Positions 12,459 to 27,000 of a stretch of DNA of 64,000 nt are shown piece after piece (position 1 is the first letter of the stretch; every line of letters begins with the position of its first letter). A program made the translations under genes and the position numbers. Origin of the DNA: Macrostomum lignano (Eukaryota). Where the stretch lies: assembly GCA_002269645.1 (NCBI GenBank), contig NIVC01000119.1:111323-175322 (forward strand), given 5' to 3'. The notes under the pieces are model-generated. The model did no database searches and was not told the DNA's origin. It saw nothing but the letters and a program-made list of their open reading frames with translations.

Positions 12459-13254
12459 GGAACAAATGACAGACAAAGTTAAAGCAAAGTGAACAAAAAG
12501 TGAAAGATTACAGAGCTGGGATTTGGGATAAATATATATGCATTCTAATATTGGTACAATAATTAACATTATTAATTGACAATAAGATCACATATATCGA
12601 ATCTGTATTGTACCATTCTGCTCAAATTCTGTCTGTCTATCAATATTTTTGACATTGTTAAACTGATGTGACACAAAGTTAAGAATTGCGAGCGACCAAG
12701 CTGAATATTAATAATTATTTATTCAATTGAAAAACACCAATGGACATTTTAGAACGGAGAGGGGGCGATTTAACATTGAACCGGTGCACTGCAAGAATGA
12801 CGGTGTTTCAGACATATGATCTGGTATTTAAAAAACTTTAAAGGACCAATGAATACAATTGTTTTTATTTAGTTTAGGGACAATTTTTAACACTGCAGAA
12901 GTTCCCGTCAACATCTGCCTTGCAAACACAAACAAGAAAGCAATAAGGGCGACACAACAGGCTGCAAACTAGGCATTTAAATAATGTCAAACAACAAAGA
13001 AACGGACACAAGATGCACATATTTTAGTCAGCGTCAATAAAATAATTATAAAGGATTTAAGTGCCTGCGGATATTCTGCTCTAATTTCTAATGCTGGGCT
13101 GTTGCTACAGAAAACATTCAAGTTAAAAAAGCTGATAGTGAGCTGATCGGCGCAAAATAATAATTTCAACACTACTGGGGGCGACAGACAAGGTTAAAAC
13201 AGAGTACGCGCGTCCTAAAAGTACAAAGGTACTTATAAAGTAGCAATGTACTGT

Positions 13255-13385
13255 ATCAGTACGCATGTACTTTTAGGGTATGCATGTACTATATCAGTAC
13301 ACATGTACTTTTAAGACATGCATGTACTATATCAGTACACATGTACTTTTAAGGTATGCATGCACTATATCAGTACGCATGTACC
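13255..13385. repeat. ~38-bp tandem repeat (GTACGCATGTACTTTTA..)
   Basis: 3-4 units read directly; related motif at 14270-14470. Confidence 0.7.
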
Positions 13386-13655
13386 TTTTTATCAAAAGTA
13401 CGCGCGTACGAATAAAGTACGCTCGCACTTACCGGGTGCCGGAGCGATTATTAACAATTAGGACAATTTTTCAAACCGTAATCCATTTCACGTCGAGACC
13501 TAACAAGTGCAATCTGCGTTGATGTTGCACTAATACAATAATAACAAATAGCCATTAGGATTTAACCAATGAAGCTACTAAAATAGATAGCGCCAACCCC
13601 CCAGCCAAATTGAATTTAAAACTTAGTATTCGGTTATTAAAACAAGAGAAATATA

Positions 13656-14174
13656 TCAATTGTGAATCTTGATAGGCTTCTCTGGGTAGGCGATTCTCGG
13701 TCTTTTCACAATCTTGTTCACGTGTTCCAGACCGAGGTAGGGCCTATTGTTGTTAGAGCCCTCCGGCTTGAAGTAGGACAGCTTCACAATCGTCTGCTCC
13801 TCGTTCTCCAACCAGTTGGGACCCCGGCTGCTAACGATGGCGAAGCGCCATTTCTCCATCTCGGAGTCTGGCACCTCCAGGCGTTTCTGTATGCGCGATT
13901 TCAACGCCGAGAACTGTTCACCGTCGCGAATTTTCACAGTGAACGGCACGCCAAACTGATTGTACGTGTCCTTGTTGAAGTGGGCCGCGTACACTACCAG
14001 CTCGTTGGGGCCAACCTGCAGCTCGTCGGGCGGCACTTCCTCGGCGCGCAGAGACTTGCTGGGCTGCAGCCGGATCAGCGGCAGGTCGCGAGAATGCTCG
14101 CTGAAAATGCGGCTGTGGCTCACCTCCAACAGGCGGAGTCGACCCTGCGGCGGGCTGGGCAACTGATGGCGCAC
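13656..14174 (-). CDS. USP7: USP7 exon 3 (UBL4 end, UBL5, activating C-terminal tail)
   Basis: TTGCAG acceptor; AHFNKD..FGVPF..YLGLEHVNK..AYPEKPIKIHN* matches the USP7 C-terminus. Confidence 0.93.
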   Translation of the reverse strand: MRHQLPSPPQGRLRLLEVSHSRIFSEHSRDLPLIRLQPSKSLRAEEVPPDELQVGPNELVVYAAHFNKDTYNQFGVPFTVKIRDGEQFSALKSRIQKRLEVPDSEMEKWRFAIVSSRGPNWLENEEQTIVKLSYFKPEGSNNNRPYLGLEHVNKIVKRPRIAYPEKPIKIHN

Positions 14175-14792
14175 CTGCAATCGGTAGGAACAAGATTTTA
14201 TTAAAGTGCAGCTGTACTTTTATCGACTGACATTCACATGCACTTAGTTTTGCATTAATAGACGTGTACTATTAGCGACTATTTCAATTTACAAGTGCAC
14301 GTGTACTTTTAGCAACCATTTTAATTTGCTAGTGCATGTGTACTTTTAGCGACTATTTTCGTTTTTCAGTACACGTGCACTTTTCGTGACTAGTTTCATT
14401 TTCTAGTGTACGTGTACTTTTAGCGACATTCTTTTGTTTTTTAGTACACACGCACTTTTTGTGACTAACTTCATTAATAGTGCGTCCTGGATTCAAATTC
14501 CATTACACTAATATATATATTTTTGCAGGACTTTTGACGCATGGCGGGTTGTTCTATACTGCAGTCTCTACATTTCTTGCTGTTGGCTTTCTTCGGCACA
14601 GGTGTGAGGATGAATTCGGTTCATTGTAATGGCCATTCTTTGCTCTTACAAAAAACAACATCGGAGAAGACATCACAAGAGTAATTAAGCGACTGTATGA
14701 AGAAGCTGAAGACCAAGCTTATACCAGGCGACCGTGACCGCGACGACAAAGAAAAAGAATTTTTAACAATAAAAAACAATTCAAAGCCCTAC

Positions 14793-15827
14793 CTCCTCGA
14801 GCAAGTCGGCCACAGTGCCGTCCTTAGGCGGGCTAACAGTGAGTTCGCGATCCTCCCTAAGCTTGGGCGTCACCCAGGTGACTTTGAAACAGCGCAACGA
14901 TTCCAACTCGCTTAGCCGAACTTGCAGCCTCGTGTAGAACAGTTTCCTAGTGGCCCGGTCTCTAGTATAGATCTGGAAAAAGTCCTTCAAAGTGCCATCG
15001 AAAGTGCAACGCATCGGCGCTCCGGGCTGGTCGTTGTGCGCCCTGAAGAACTGCAGATACTCCGGCTGCACCTGCAGATAGGCGCCAACAGCCTCCGCTA
15101 GCTGTTGATAATTGTTGCCCTGAGACAGAGTCAAGCTAAACGTCTCCCGAGACTCCCGATCGACAAACAGCACCTCCAGGCGTTGGTGAAAGTGTCTATA
15201 AAAGTCCTTGGCCGAATAGAGCGGCTCCTTAGCCAATTGCGGTTCGCTCAATTGAAATACCAGCACATTGCCGTCCATCAGAGTCTCAACGCACTGATCA
15301 ATGTGCACACTTGGCGAATGATTAATCTCTTCTAATTGACTTTTGCGCTCTTCAAACACGCGCAGCTGACACTTTGGCGGAAGTCGGGCCCGTTCGCGAA
15401 CAGTGTCCAATAAGGAGGCTAGCTTAGCATCAATGGGCACCGCGATGTGGCCGAGAAAGGCCAAATAAGGAGTTGGCTGAGGCAGGTAGAACTTGAGAAA
15501 CACTAGCAAGTCTTTCTCTTTGTCGAACGGGAACGCGTCAGTTAGCCAGAGCAGGTAGGGCCCACTCTGACTAGTTGACATGCAACTATCCAGTTCTTTG
15601 TCGGCGTTCTCGTTCAAATCCAAGTACATAATCCGCATGCCGGGATTGCGCAAGTTCAAATGCCAAGCCAGCGTAGCATTGGGATCCCGGCCCAGATGGA
15701 CTGCCAACTGATTGACAACGTCCCGAACACGAGCCGAGCGTTTGAACTTGTAGATCCGGCGGGGCACCAGGTCGCAGTCGAAGAATTCGTGGCCTTGCCA
15801 ACCGTGAAAGTCTTCGTCTAGGAATAC
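14793..15827 (-). CDS. USP7: USP7 exon 2 (UBL1-UBL4)
   Basis: TTGCAG acceptor, GTAGGG donor, 345 codons, phase 0/0; LVFLKFY, LMDGNVLVFQ, YLQFF motifs. Confidence 0.92.
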
Positions 15828-15879
15828 CTGCAATTTGAGGGTTTACAGCTCTCTGTGACCCTTGACTTTGTTTTTAGGC

Positions 15880-16270
15880 CTCCGTCTCCTAGTCTTTCTC
15901 TAAGCCTCTGTGACTCTTATAGTCACTCTGTAAGCCTCTGTAACTCCTCTAGTCACTCTGTAAGCCTCTGTAACTCCTCTAGTCACTCTATAAGCCTCTG
16001 TAACTCCTTCTAGTCACTCTGTAAGCCTCTAACTCCTCTAGTCACTCTATAAGCCTATGTAACTCCTTCTAGTCACTCTGTAAGCCTCTAACTCCTCTAG
16101 TCACTCTATAAGCCTATGTAACTCCTAGTTCCTCTGTAAGCCTCTGTAACTCTTTCAGTCACTCTGTAAGCCTCTGTAACTCCTCCAGTCACTGTAAGCT
16201 TCTGTAACTCCTCCACCTCCAGTCACTGTAAGCTTCTGTAACTCCTATAGTCCTTCTGTAAGCCACTACA
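15880..16270. repeat. ~30-bp minisatellite in USP7 intron 1 (TAAGCCTCTGTAACTCCTCTAGTCACTCTG)
   Basis: Direct reading. Confidence 0.9.
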
Positions 16271-16279
16271 ACTCTTTTA

Positions 16280-18514
<2,235 letters not shown>

Positions 18515-19902
18515 TCATGCAACATTATCCAATTATTAACTTTAAATTTACATTCATTGATAGAAAAACTATTACAAAAGTTGACACCTAATTGAGCAAA
18601 GCAAATAAGCTAATAAAATTGATGGAAAATGTATAAAAAACTGCTGTCGTTATTGGAAGCTACCATTTTAAAACAAAGAGATTTTTCTTGAGGCTAAATA
18701 GATTAAAAATACTCTTTAAATGTTTTAAACTCTTTTTCTATATACTTTTAAGTTTTTCAAACTTTATAATTTCTTTTATATTGATTTTAAAACATGCATA
18801 TAGAACCTCCAGTTTTACAAGTATGATTAAAAAAATTGAAAGTTGTCAAAGGTAGCTTGTCATATCCAAAGAGACCAATCCTTGCAACATTTTAACAATA
18901 TCAATAAAGAGATTGTTAGACAGTTCCTACCCTCATTCTTCTTTTCTAGTAGACAAACAGTTTTAAAAAGAGAAAACTTTTTGTTAGCTTAGCATATAAA
19001 TTATTGGCCAAGAAAGCAAACTTAATACTTGCTTTGCTATTAAGAGGTACTAGAAAAGAGGGCATCTGGTACAATTCAAACCTTGGCTGGCTGAAATATA
19101 GGTGATAGATAATTATTTCTAATTTGTTACATTTTTCTAAGAGAATGTAGCTTAGTTGTATATACTCGTAAATAACCAAACTTGCCATTTTTAATATTAG
19201 TTATAAAAAAAAGTTAACTAGATTAAATCTATATATAACTCAGTCATAAAACTTATTTTAAACCTTAGTCCTTAAAAGTCTTAAATTGAAGCCAAAGGTA
19301 AAATAAAAAAGTATAACATAATAACTTTCTCTCATTAAATTAAATTCTCTTAAAATATATTTTATTGACTATATAAGTATAAAAAAATATGTTGACAATA
19401 AATTATTTATATATATATATACTAAATATATATATATATATGTATTCAAATGGCTACTTATTGAATATCTTTAATGACAAAATCTAAAATTTGGACCACT
19501 AATTTTATTAGAATCTTAGAAAGTGTTCTGCCATAAAAAGGGTCCATGTATCGTAGCTATAGGCCTAGCCATACACAAAACTATGGCTTATTCTAATTCT
19601 CTATATTCCGTAGTCATAGGGACCCCAATATTACCATATTCCTATAGTTCCATTAGCCATAGCCATAGTTCCTATAGCCATATCCAGAACACTAATCTTA
19701 GATCTAATTCTAATTTTGACAAATGATACAAATAATTTTTTGTATAGACTATCTATATAGTATAAGATACTCATTAGGCCTAAAATACAAGGCAATCCTT
19801 CAGTTGCATCACCTATTTTGCCAGTTTCGGTTTATAATCACCTATATTTTGCTTACTGCAGTACAAAAATGGTGTGTTCAAAACTAAGACATAAAACTGA
19901 TG

Positions 19903-20624
19903 GTAGTTTCAAATGAAAAGAAAGCAAAAGTTGGCTAATCAACTAGCTTTGTTTATTTGAAATTGAAAAGATTTTACATTGATTCACTAGTAGCTTATAT
20001 AAATCACCTTTGGTTTACGATCATCTAAAGCTAGCTGTACGAAAGCATGTCAACCCTTGCTTAGTATAATTAATCTTCAGCGCCGCATCCCCTCCTCACT
20101 TTTGGTTTATGATCAGTTCCACACATGCACTCCATTGAAATGATTGCAGGGTTTTCTTTTTTGCCAGAGACAAGGTGCAAAATTGCACTTTATGCCCACT
20201 TTCATAGTGCTATTTTAAGGCTCAAAGTGCAATTTCTCTTTTTTCTTATTTTAAGGCAGTGTGAATGAGGCTTTAATAGAAAAATAGGTTATGAGACTGC
20301 ACATAAACTGCACCTACATTTCAATTTCAGGGTGCAATTTTTAAATTTGAGGTGCATACGCACACTCTACGCACAAAAAAATAAACATAGAATGATTATG
20401 AACTGAAGCTGGCTGTAGGAAAGCATGTCAACCTTTAGTACTGCTTTCTTATGGCTTTCTACTTTCTTATGGCCAGCTTTGCTTCACAATCATTTTAATG
20501 GGCAACATACATTTGGATGATTATAAACTAAAGGTGAGATATAAGGTGCTATAACAATCTTACTATCTTTTGAAATAAACAAAGTCAGTTCGCCAACATT
20601 TGATTTTGTTTCATTGGAAACTAT
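19903..20624. mobile_element. Degenerate MITE-like element with ~120-bp inverted arms
   Basis: 19903-20029 is the approximate reverse complement of 20512-20624. Confidence 0.55.
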
Positions 20625-21239
20625 GGATTTTATGTCTTATTAGCAACTGTTTTTTATGGTGATTGTCACTGTTTAAGATGATTGTCACTGTTTGGAGTGA
20701 TTGTAAACTGACTGAAGGAATGTCAAATATATAATTAATGACCATTATAGTAGATAGTAGTTTGCTTGTTGGGCAATCTTTTACTTTACTGCGTTTAATT
20801 ATTTTTCACTTTTCTTTCTCATTTCAGCCAACTTACTGATGGCTGGAAGGCCCTTTGCGCCCACTATGATTGTGCCCAAGGCCAATCTAAGGCCAGCAGC
20901 CAAGCTGTGCGACATTGATGTCATGCTACGTGAGCTTGTGCTACTGACGTCTAACAGCCAGCAAACTATTCGCTAGCTGGCCATCTACGGGCTACTGCGA
21001 AATTCTCGGGTGCCGGCTCTTTCCTGAAAAGGAGTTTGGCAACTTCCTGTACTGGGTGGCTCATTATTACTGACTAATTGACTTACCTGGCACTTAAAAA
21101 CACTTGCCTTTTACTCTCCTACTATCTTTATGTTCTGAAATTTAAAAAGAATCATTAAAAAAATTAAATGTAGTAAAATAAAAGATTGCCGCTTGTTGTA
21201 ATATAAATAATATGAGCTATTATATTAATATTAGACCAA

Positions 21240-21863
21240 CAATTGTCAAGTTTTATTCATTAACTTTTTTTGAGTCTAGAAAAATAATCTATAAGCTATT
21301 TTAAGTATAAAAAACTTAAGCCTGATTAAGCACTAATTTGATGCTTCAAAACTTGTTATAAAGTATCTATATTATAATGTATGTTTATGGCCAGAACATT
21401 TAGATATTTTTCAACTTGAAAAGTTTTATAGTAGTTTAAATATCAATGATCTTTAAAGGTTGACAAATAACAATATCAAAAAGTAAAGTCCTAAATTTAG
21501 CAAGGCTATACTGTGCCCCATGCATGGGATTTTATAAGCCTTATTTGAAACACTTAAAGGAATTATGGCATCAAATGAACCCAGTGAAGCCATTTGGGAA
21601 TACCCTTTTATGGATTTCCCACGCCACTACCAAAGCATGTAAAGCTTTTGTTATTAATTGGGAGGTTGACCATAGACTATATTATAGCTTTTCAACGTCA
21701 AATATATAGAGGGGGCCTAGGCCTAATAACAAACAAGTTTTGAAGCATATAATTAGTGCCTAATAAAGCTCAAGTCTCTTAAAAATAGCTATTTGTACTT
21801 CAAATAGTTTGTACCATACTTTTCTAGAGTCAAAACAATTTAATGAATAGAACTTGACAATTG
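21240..21863. mobile_element. Degenerate MITE-like element with ~120-bp inverted arms
   Basis: 21240-21357 (AATTGTCAAGTT..GCTTCAAAACTTGT) is the approximate reverse complement of 21732-21863. Confidence 0.6.
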
Positions 21864-22989
21864 TCATTAGACCTAGTCACCTAGGGCCTATATTACATTC
21901 TAATGTTATATTGTTATATTATATTATAAAAGTCATACTGATAAAGGCCTAGGCCCATTATAAAATGGAAATTATACTGCTTCCTTGATTCAAAATGGAC
22001 AGAAATAGATTAAAAGTAACAGTAGTAGGCCTAGGCCTAATAATATTAGGCTAGTAAGTGGCTACAGCTGAGCTGAACAGCCAGTTTAACCTTGTAATAG
22101 TAGTTAATCTGTAGAAGTGGCCTATTCTATATATTTTTGCAAGGACCACGTTGCATACAGTGTATATACCACTTGTATACAGCGGTCTTTGTATTTTCGT
22201 TTTGTGATAAATCTGTTGTGTTGACTGTTGTCTCAACGAATTCTGTTCTATGAACTTCTTAAAATTTAATTTGAACGAATTTAAATGCTTGAGGTATAGG
22301 CCCCTGCAAAAGTAATTAAAAGTAAGTAACTATACTTATAAAGTATTTAAAATGGAAATAACAAAAAGGAAACGAAGTACGTAGATGCGCGATAAAAAAC
22401 AATAGCAAGAAAAACAAGTCGGTATAAAATTTATTGTCGCATCCGAACGAACGAAACTTCAGAATTTCAAACGAAAATGCAAATTAAAAAAGTTAGGGAA
22501 ACAAAAATTCAGCTATAGAACTTAAAAAGCGTTTAACTTTTTATAGCAATAAACCTAGTCTACATACATTTTATTTTTACAGAAAAGATCATATCTAAAG
22601 CGAATTATTGTATACTTTGTTAGGACTCTCTTAAACTGACTGTTATAAAACTGCCCAAAAGAAAACCCCCACGCGGTGTTGACTTGTTTGAAATGTTGAA
22701 GCAAACGTTGAGCTAATGTTGAGCTAAGAGTGACGAAAGTTTGCGTTAGGCAAAAAATAAGACAATTTTGATAATAACAATATTACATAAATTTGACTTT
22801 ATATTTTTATTGAATTTTTTTATTTATTTATGCTTTGATTAGTTTAGCACTGGAAACCTGCATTTAAAATTCTAAATTGTTTATATCATAGGCCTAAGGG
22901 ATATGTGCAAAACATTATATTATAACATCAAATTCTTTAAATCATGGGTATTAAATTAATGTTCTATTAATTAGTTTGCAACTGTCAGG

Positions 22990-23115
22990 AGCACAACATT
23001 TGCCTACCAGAATTTTGCCCTCCAACATTTGCCTGATGGAAGTTTGCCCAGTTACATTTGCCCACCAAAGTTTGCCTGCCGACATTTGCCTGCCAGAAGT
23101 TTGCCTGCCAACCTT
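22990..23115. repeat. Short-period (~15 bp) TTTGCC repeats, probable transposon subterminal array
   Basis: Repeated (A/C)TTTGCC; inverted GGGCAAA copies at ~23497-23520. Confidence 0.55.
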
Positions 23116-23265
23116 TTTGCACCAAAATTCATCAGATTAAGCTGTATATGGCATTGCATTTGCATGTGATTGCTCTAGAAAGAATAGAATAGAAAGAATA
23201 ATTGCATACAATGTAAACTCTTGTCCCTTTCAAGTGGGGGACTGTGGCATAAGGGCTTAGTCGGA

Positions 23266-23465
23266 GGGGTGTCAATAGAGAGCTTCATTTGCTTCACACA
23301 TAGACCAAGGAAAATTAAATTGATAAACAGGCATTACTTGATTTCGATTAGAATTTAGCATTAGGGCCTAAGATTAGTTGTTTAATAGCACATTTGTGAC
23401 GCCTGTTTATTGATCTAATTTTCCTTGGTCTGTGTATGCAGCAAATGAAGCTCTATTGACGCCCC
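23266..23465. mobile_element. ~200-bp hairpin MITE (~67-bp inverted arms)
   Basis: GGGGTGTCAATAGAGAGCTTCATTTGC..GATAAACAGGC vs GCCTGTTTAT..GCAAATGAAGCTCTATTGACGCCCC; a related partial copy lies at 26803-27135. Confidence 0.65.
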
Positions 23466-23997
23466 TGCCCCTCCAACCCAAAAAGAAACTTCCGGTGGGC
23501 AAAATTCTCGAGGGCAAACGTCATAGACCCGCAACTGTCAAAACAACTGAAGTTAGCAAGTCTTTGATTGTTATGCAATCTTAATTGGAGTGTTTATTAT
23601 TATCTTTATTGTTTGTCTCTCCTTTTAGATTTTTTTAGATTTCATAAGCCACCCCAATTTTGGTCTTTTTTTATGGTTTTTATCTCCTTCTAGATAAATA
23701 GTTTTAGGTTTTTTTGGTATACTCATATTGCCTATACTTAGGCCTAGTTCTATCTTTGTCTATATACTAGGGGTATATTTCTTTCTTTACAAATGATTCC
23801 ACAATGCCACCAAAGTTATAACAGTGGTGTTTCCTCTTACTGAAATTAACCCACCATTATGTCACCAAGCTCTGCTAGGGCTAACTTCTTACCAAACATG
23901 CACAACAGTCAGCCGAGTCGACTGATCCTGCCGACTGATTTGGCAGCCAACCAAGGAAGTCGCAAAAATTCCCACCCAAAAAATACCAAAGTAGTAG

Positions 23998-24062
23998 TAC
24001 TAAGTAGCTGATGAGGCATTTTTACTTAATAAGACTGTCTTAGTTACTCCTGCTGTTTACCC
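23998..24062 (-). other. 28S rRNA-derived fragment (R2 insertion-site region), degenerate
   Basis: The reverse complement GGGTAAACAGCAGGAGTAACTAAGAC..AAATGCCTCATCAGCTAC resembles eukaryotic 28S GGGTAAACGGCGGGAGTAACTATGACTCTCTTAAGGTAGCCAAATGCCTCGTCATCTAA. Confidence 0.6.
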
Positions 24063-27000
24063 AAAGTTGCGTTAATTTTTCGTTAGGGTTTTTTTACATT
24101 AAGTTGCATTTTTGGCCAAAAACTACGTCGCATTTTTGTTAAAACTAAGTTGCATGGCCAACCAAATTTTGAAGGTTGTATATGTATGCTTCTTACACTA
24201 ATCTTTAAGTTGGTAGCTGCCACCAGGATTATCCTATTAATAAATTATGAGTTTATCAATCTTAGAATAATCCAAGAAACATTTCTTAGAATTGATCTGA
24301 GTATATATCTTAGTATTTAGTCTGAGTATTTAGTCTGAGTATTTATCTAAGTATTTAGTCTGAGTATTTATTTGACTACTTAGGGGCCTAGTCTGAGTAT
24401 TATTCTTGGAAACTATTAGCCTTTATAAGTATTATTCCTCTGTTATTCTAGTAGCGTTTATTATTCTGGTAGCATTCTACTTAATAATTTGGCCTGAGCG
24501 GTATTTTGGCTTACTGGTATATGTATTTCATGCACTTTGCAAGTCCTTGGGCATTACCGAGATCAGAGGGTCATAGCCTCCAGTTATTCTTACATGTATC
24601 ACTTTAGATTTACTTTATATTCTCTTACTACTCAATACTGCTACTTTTCAATAGTATGTACTGTATACGCTTCAGTCTATTTCACTTTTCTGCAAATGAG
24701 TAACTTGAAAACAATCCTCAATTATATTTGCTTGGAACACTTCTTAACCTTGATAATTGCTTAACTGCAAGAGGCAACTCGAGACAAGGAACAAGTCTGG
24801 TTCTCTCTCAGCAAAATTCGCTTCTATTTATACTATAATTTGCTACAGTTTTAAACAAAAATTAAATTGTCAAGTTATTTTCAAAAAGTGCTTATTATAA
24901 CAAAATATGTTTCTTAGTTTTTCACACAAATTTGAATGACAGTTTCGATGAATAAAACATACTAATAGAACAAAGAATAAAGAATAATTGCCTGCCTCAT
25001 CTAATTTTTGGGGTCTATTATATTTGAGGATGGCAAGATTTGGGTTAAAAGGCTAAAATTAAGAGGTGTACAATAGATTCAAGGCTGTTAGTAAATACTT
25101 TAAATAGTAGCCATATCTTTTTGGCTTTGGGTTAACATCTCAAATTATAGGGGTAAAAGTATGTGTTTGGGATCTTGCATTGCAAGAAAAAAGGAGTTGG
25201 GGCTGAGGGATTTCTTTGTTTGGGGTCTCGGTCTTTGACTCATTGCTTATTTCATTCTTTTTTTCTATTATAGTTTCAATCCCTTCTTCCTCTGTCTCTC
25301 TAACATCCTCATCTCTTAGTTGGCATCTCCAATTAATTTCTTCCTCAGATGATTTATCAGATTCTAAATATTCAAATGGTCTTGGAAAATTTAGCTTTAG
25401 GATTTTCTGGCAAAGGTTGGCTTTCCTTAACTAAGAATTGTTTCTTGAGTCTAGTAAAAGTGGAAGCAGAGGTAGAATTGAGGGCAGAAGTAGGAGCAGA
25501 AGTGGAATTGGTAGCACTTCCCTGGCTTTCCTTAGGGATTTGTTTTATGGCTGAATTTGGCACAGGAAGTAAATTATTACATTAATAGCCATTATTGCAG
25601 ACAGTGTCTAGTGCAGATTGGCTCTTGATAGTATAGGTACAGTCTGGCACAGTTTGGCATAGAGAAGGGGGATATCTAGTGCAGTTTAGACCTTCGTTGC
25701 AATAGTGTAAAAAAACTTGTTTCTTAGATTATAAAATATTTTGGCAAACCATTTTTAGAATATGGAAATATTTTGGCCATTATTTAATCTTAGCTATATA
25801 CTAAACAACAATTGCTCAGTATCCTAGATTAATTTTCTATTAGAAAAGAGAAACATAGGCTGAGACGCAGTTTATATAGCTGAAAATTGGAAAGTTAGAA
25901 TGTCAAAAGGTATACCCTGTGAATATATATATAAGTGCTTATCTATATATGTTATCTATATGCTAGTATCTCAGTGGAGCAAATGCTATTATGCCCCATT
26001 ATATATATTTATAGACTAGATTAATGGATCCTAGTATGCACCTTACTATTTCCTAGCCTTGCTGCTTCAATGAACTTTTAATTTTAATATTAATTGTAAT
26101 TTACAATTTTATCTAACCTTAATTTCATAGTCAATAATTTCTGTCCATTTCCTCCTAGTTCATATATCAAAATCTCTGCATCATTGTTGCTAGAGCTTGT
26201 GTAATTCTAGTCATAATCTGGGTCATTGTTGGCCTTCTGAAAATAGGCAAAGCCTTGCATTGACTGACATTTGCAGCACATACTAAATGCTTTCTGATAT
26301 CCACAGAATTAGTCAATATAACTAGTTCTACCAGTGAACAAGCCAAGCCTAGCGCCACCTTTGGCGGTGCCGGGCAAGAGCAAGAGAACCCGAGGCCCCG
26401 CCAGGGGCCAAGGGCAAGTGAATAATTTCTACCCCATAGAAAGTATTTATGTGAAAAGTGATTGGAAATCGATCAGAGTAGTGATTTTTTAATATTTTGC
26501 TTGAAATCAGGCAAAATAATGCAATAAGATGGCATTATTTTTATGATGGCTGATTTCCCACATAACAAGGCATATTTGTGTGCAATTTCTAGAGATTCGG
26601 TTCATTGGGGAAAAAATTATCGATAAAAAATTGAAAACTTGACTTTTTACTTTTATGTTAGTTCCGGGGCTTTTTAAACCGGAAATGGTAGGAATTTTGC
26701 ACTGAAACCAATGCACAGTGTTCCATATAGATAATTTAACAAATTTCTTGAATTTCATAACCATGTGATGTTTTTTTCATGTAAAAAATGCCTTTTTTGC
26801 ATCGAAATTCATCAGATTAAGCTGCATACTGCTTTGCATAATCTGCATTTGTATTTGCATGCGATTGCTTGCATGGCTTTGGCATTGGGCTGAGTTAAGC
26901 TGGTTAGAAAGGAAAGGAAAAGAAAGGAAAGGAAGGAATATTCGTACATACAATGTACACACCCGTCGCTTCCAAGTGGGATTGTGGCAATGTGAGAGGG

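Noticed and set aside
13662-14204. Antisense ORFs over USP7, Dop1R2 and DNAH10 exons (e.g. 13662-14204, 39638-40138, 60078-60629)
   Set aside because: Shadow ORFs expected opposite GC-rich coding sequence; no recognisable domains
24008-24030. CTGATGAG as a hammerhead core
   Set aside because: It is a mutated part of the 28S-like motif (ATGACGAG); no GAAA box or stems
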